Shown here one piece after another: positions 1-244 of a DNA stretch of 244 nucleotides. The translations under genes and the position numbers were made by a program. Each line of letters begins with the position of its first letter. Positions within the stretch are counted from its first letter, which is position 1. The notes below the pieces were generated by a model. The model worked only from the letters and a program-made list of their open reading frames with translations. It was not told the DNA's origin and ran no database searches. Source of the stretch: Escherichia coli (GTDB taxonomy: Bacteria; Pseudomonadota; Gammaproteobacteria; Enterobacterales; Enterobacteriaceae); assembly GCF_003334335.1 (NCBI RefSeq), contig NZ_QOWQ01000231.1, one strand, 5' to 3'.

Positions 1-150
1 CCGGCAGAGCCGGAAGCTGCATCCGTAGCGGAAACCGATGGTAAAGCCTTTCCTCAGCCAGCAGGTGTTGCGTTACCTGTCCGGGAAGCAGAAACACAGG
101 AAGAAATAAAAACGGAAAGTGTGGCGGTCACAGTGCAGTCACAGCCGTCG
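1..150 (+). other. Compositionally biased (Ala/Glu/Pro/Val/Thr/Gln-rich, net acidic) segment of the encoded protein; probable flexible interdomain linker or disordered region
   Basis: Codons 1-50 contain 9 Ala, 8 Glu, 7 Pro, 6 Val, 4 Thr and 4 Gln. There are 9 acidic residues (8 Glu, 1 Asp) against 3 basic (2 Lys, 1 Arg). No Cys, Trp, Tyr, Met, His or Asn occurs, and Phe, Leu and Ile occur once each. Confidence 0.5.
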
Positions 151-243
151 TTCACCAGAAAACATCCGGATGGTCTGATTTTACCATCGCTGCATGTGGC
201 TAACCGCGAGCTGCGCCGGGCAAAAGGTCAGGTTCAGAAGTGG
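1..243 (+). CDS. Internal fragment of a larger protein-coding gene, partial at both ends (no start or stop in window); product unidentified, with an acidic low-complexity linker-like segment followed by a basic segment
   Basis: Frame 1 is open for all 81 codons, while the other five frames contain stops; an 81-codon stop-free run in random sequence has roughly a 2% chance. Codon choice is largely enterobacterial-like (ccg, gcg, ctg, cag, gaa). No in-frame ATG or GTG is preceded by a plausible ribosome-binding site, so the start lies upstream of the window. Product is unknown: I do not recognise the peptide with confidence. Confidence 0.78.
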
Positions 244-244
244 G

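Noticed and set aside
1-13. ccgg-cagag-ccgg potential 4-bp stem-loop at the window start
   Set aside because: A 4-bp stem is too short and unstable to indicate a regulatory hairpin or terminator. It sits inside the coding sequence with no following U-tract.
38-106. ATG at 38-40 in frame +2 opening a short ORF
   Set aside because: It runs only 22 codons to TAA at 104-106, lies entirely inside the much longer frame 1 ORF, and has no convincing ribosome-binding site upstream.
104-112. A-rich tract (aaataaaaa) as a possible slippage or frameshift site
   Set aside because: The longest uninterrupted A run is 5 nt, shorter than the roughly 9 nt or more usually needed for transcriptional slippage. 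There is no heptameric slippery motif with a downstream structure, and the alternative frames hit stops almost immediately (TAA 104-106 in frame +2).
98-123. Shine-Dalgarno-like aggaag (98-103) followed by an A-rich tract and an in-frame GTG at 121-123, which could mark an internal translation start
   Set aside because: The spacing from the aggaag motif to GTG is about 17 nt, which is too long. The nearer GGAA (114-117) is only 3 nt from GTG, which is too short. Frame 1 is open well upstream, so the simplest reading is that the purine-rich stretch just encodes the Glu/Lys-rich peptide QEEIKTE.
194-244. ATG at 194-196 in frame +2, open to the end of the window
   Set aside because: There is no Shine-Dalgarno-like sequence upstream (ttaccatcgctgc), it overlaps the strongly supported frame 1 ORF, and frame +2 has three stops earlier in the window. 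An overlapping gene cannot be strictly excluded without downstream sequence, but nothing supports one.
1-244. Reverse-strand coding potential
   Set aside because: All three reverse frames hit stop codons within about 60 nt of their start (TGA at 7-9, TAG at 43-45 and TAA at 61-63 in reverse-complement coordinates), so no meaningful ORF exists on the minus strand here.
1-244. RNA genes, CRISPR repeats, IS or transposon inverted repeats, promoters, intrinsic terminators
   Set aside because: No repeat-spacer periodicity, tRNA-like cloverleaf arms, terminal inverted repeats or GC-rich hairpin with a T-tract is visible. The whole window is consistent with uninterrupted coding sequence.

Overview
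The window is most likely an internal fragment of one protein-coding gene on the + strand, in frame 1 (nt 1-243, 81 codons), with both ends running off the window. Frame 1 has no stop codon, while the other five frames each contain at least one (+2: TAG 26-28, TAA 104-106, TGA 173-175; +3: TAA 42-44 and 201-203; all three reverse frames stop within about 60 nt of their start). GC content is about 55% by manual count and codon choice is broadly enterobacterial-like. The encoded peptide is PAEPEAASVAETDGKAFPQPAGVALPVREAETQEEIKTESVAVTVQSQPS / FTRKHPDGLILPSLHVANRELRRAKGQVQKW: an acidic Ala/Glu/Pro/Val/Thr/Gln-rich low-complexity stretch followed by a basic, more ordinary-looking segment. I cannot assign the protein to a named family from memory, so no gene symbol is given. 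No RNA gene, CRISPR repeat, mobile-element terminus, promoter or terminator can be supported. Nothing in this short window supports a new biological system; the findings are modest features of a single gene fragment.
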